Source: a virus
Lineage: Duplodnaviria > Caudoviricetes
Virus record (IMG/VR): IMGVR_UViG_3300021387_001709
Span: 125,812 to 189,811 of that record
Strand: one strand, 5' to 3'
DNA length: 64,000 bases
Under the pieces are notes generated by a model. That model had not been told where the DNA came from. It worked only from the letters and a program-made list of their open reading frames with translations, and did no database searches. A program made the translations under genes and the position numbers. This document shows, piece by piece, positions 63,226 to 64,000 of the stretch (position 1 is the stretch's first letter; each line of letters opens with the position of its first letter).

Positions 63226-64000
63226 ATGATAACTAATAAAATTAGATTGATTGAGCTATTCGGCGGTGTTGGATGCCAGTCGATAGCATTGAGGGATTTG
63301 GCTATTGCAAATGGTCTTAATCCGGATGACGTATATTGTCACCACCGCCTCGTAGAATTTGATAAGTTTCCGGTCAAAAGCTATAATGCGATTCATGGTA
63401 CTAGCTTCGAAACAATGGATATTAAAGAGATTGGAGGTGATGATTTAGGGATCAGGGATACTGATAAGTATACTTATATCATGACTTATAGTTTTCCCTG
63501 CCAATAGTGCATGACCTTTCAGTTGCCGGTAAGCAAGCCGGAATGGATAAAGATAGTGGAACAAGATCATCATTACTTTGGGAAGTTGAGCGCCTGTTGA
63601 ATGAACTGGAAGAACTTCCACAGGTACTTATCATGGAGAATGTCACTCAAGTTCACAGTAAGAAAAATTTAGAGAATTTCCAGAACTGGATTTCGTTCCT
63701 TGAATCCAAAGGCTATCACAATTACTGGCAAGATCTCGAAGCCAGTGAGTATGGCGTACCGCAGCATCGTAACCGTTGTTTTATGGTTAGCACACTCGAG
63801 GACATCAACTATGAATTTCCGCGACCAATTCCGCTTCATGAAGTTATGAAAGACCGACTTGATCCTGTTGTAGATGAGAAATTCTACATCAACAATGAAA
63901 AAGCGGATGCCCTCATTCAGCAACTTATTGCCGACGGTAAACTTGATGAGGAGACAATCCTCGAAGCTGTTGATTTATCGGTTAATAAACCGGACACTCT
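63226..64000 (+). CDS. C5 cytosine DNA methyltransferase interrupted at motif IV (stop plus frame change); runs off the window
   Basis: First frame: IELFGGVG...TYSFPCQ*. Second frame from 63513: DLSVAGKQAGM...GTRSSLLWEVERLL...MENV...YGVPQHRNR. Confidence 0.85.

Noticed and set aside
8400-63923. Numerous minus-strand ORFs right of about 8.3 kb and alternative-frame + ORFs
   Set aside because: They overlap well-supported + strand genes and lack RBSs

Overview
The window is a 64-kb segment of a large, probably temperate SPbeta-like phage or prophage of a low-GC Gram-positive (Clostridia-like) host. Host type is inferred from AGGAGG/GAAGGGAG RBSs, sigma-A promoters, a LexA Cheo box and NrdR boxes. 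1-6750 is a leftward block: YonO-like single-subunit RNA polymerase, HNH, ParB-like and SF2 helicase-like genes. 6750-8300 is a non-coding divergence region with iteron-like repeats and a G/T-skewed tract. 8300-31000 is a rightward array of roughly 70 small early genes. 31800-35400 is an SPbeta-type lysogeny module (tyrosine recombinase, DGQHR/DndB-like, MrpR/YopR-like) followed by a LexA-boxed gene. 36400-40000 is an RNA island: tRNAs, tRNA mimics, a group I ribozyme half, and two paralogous coiled-coil genes each followed by a large structured RNA. 40000-64000 holds nucleotide and replication genes: ThyX-like, AAA, SSB, DnaB, primase, RNA ligase, nuclease, two homing endonucleases, DnaE, MTases, ERCC4, macrodomain plus PARP. 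Best leads: (i) an integron-like cassette array in which small genes are bounded by TRAAA-N6-TTTDA sites with a different 6-bp core each time; (ii) two protein plus large ncRNA modules; (iii) evidence for TAG read-through or recoding; (iv) an orphan or permuted group I intron core; (v) a C5 methyltransferase split at its catalytic motif by 8 nt; (vi) anticodon-less tRNA mimics. All product calls come from motif recognition by eye; no database searches were run.
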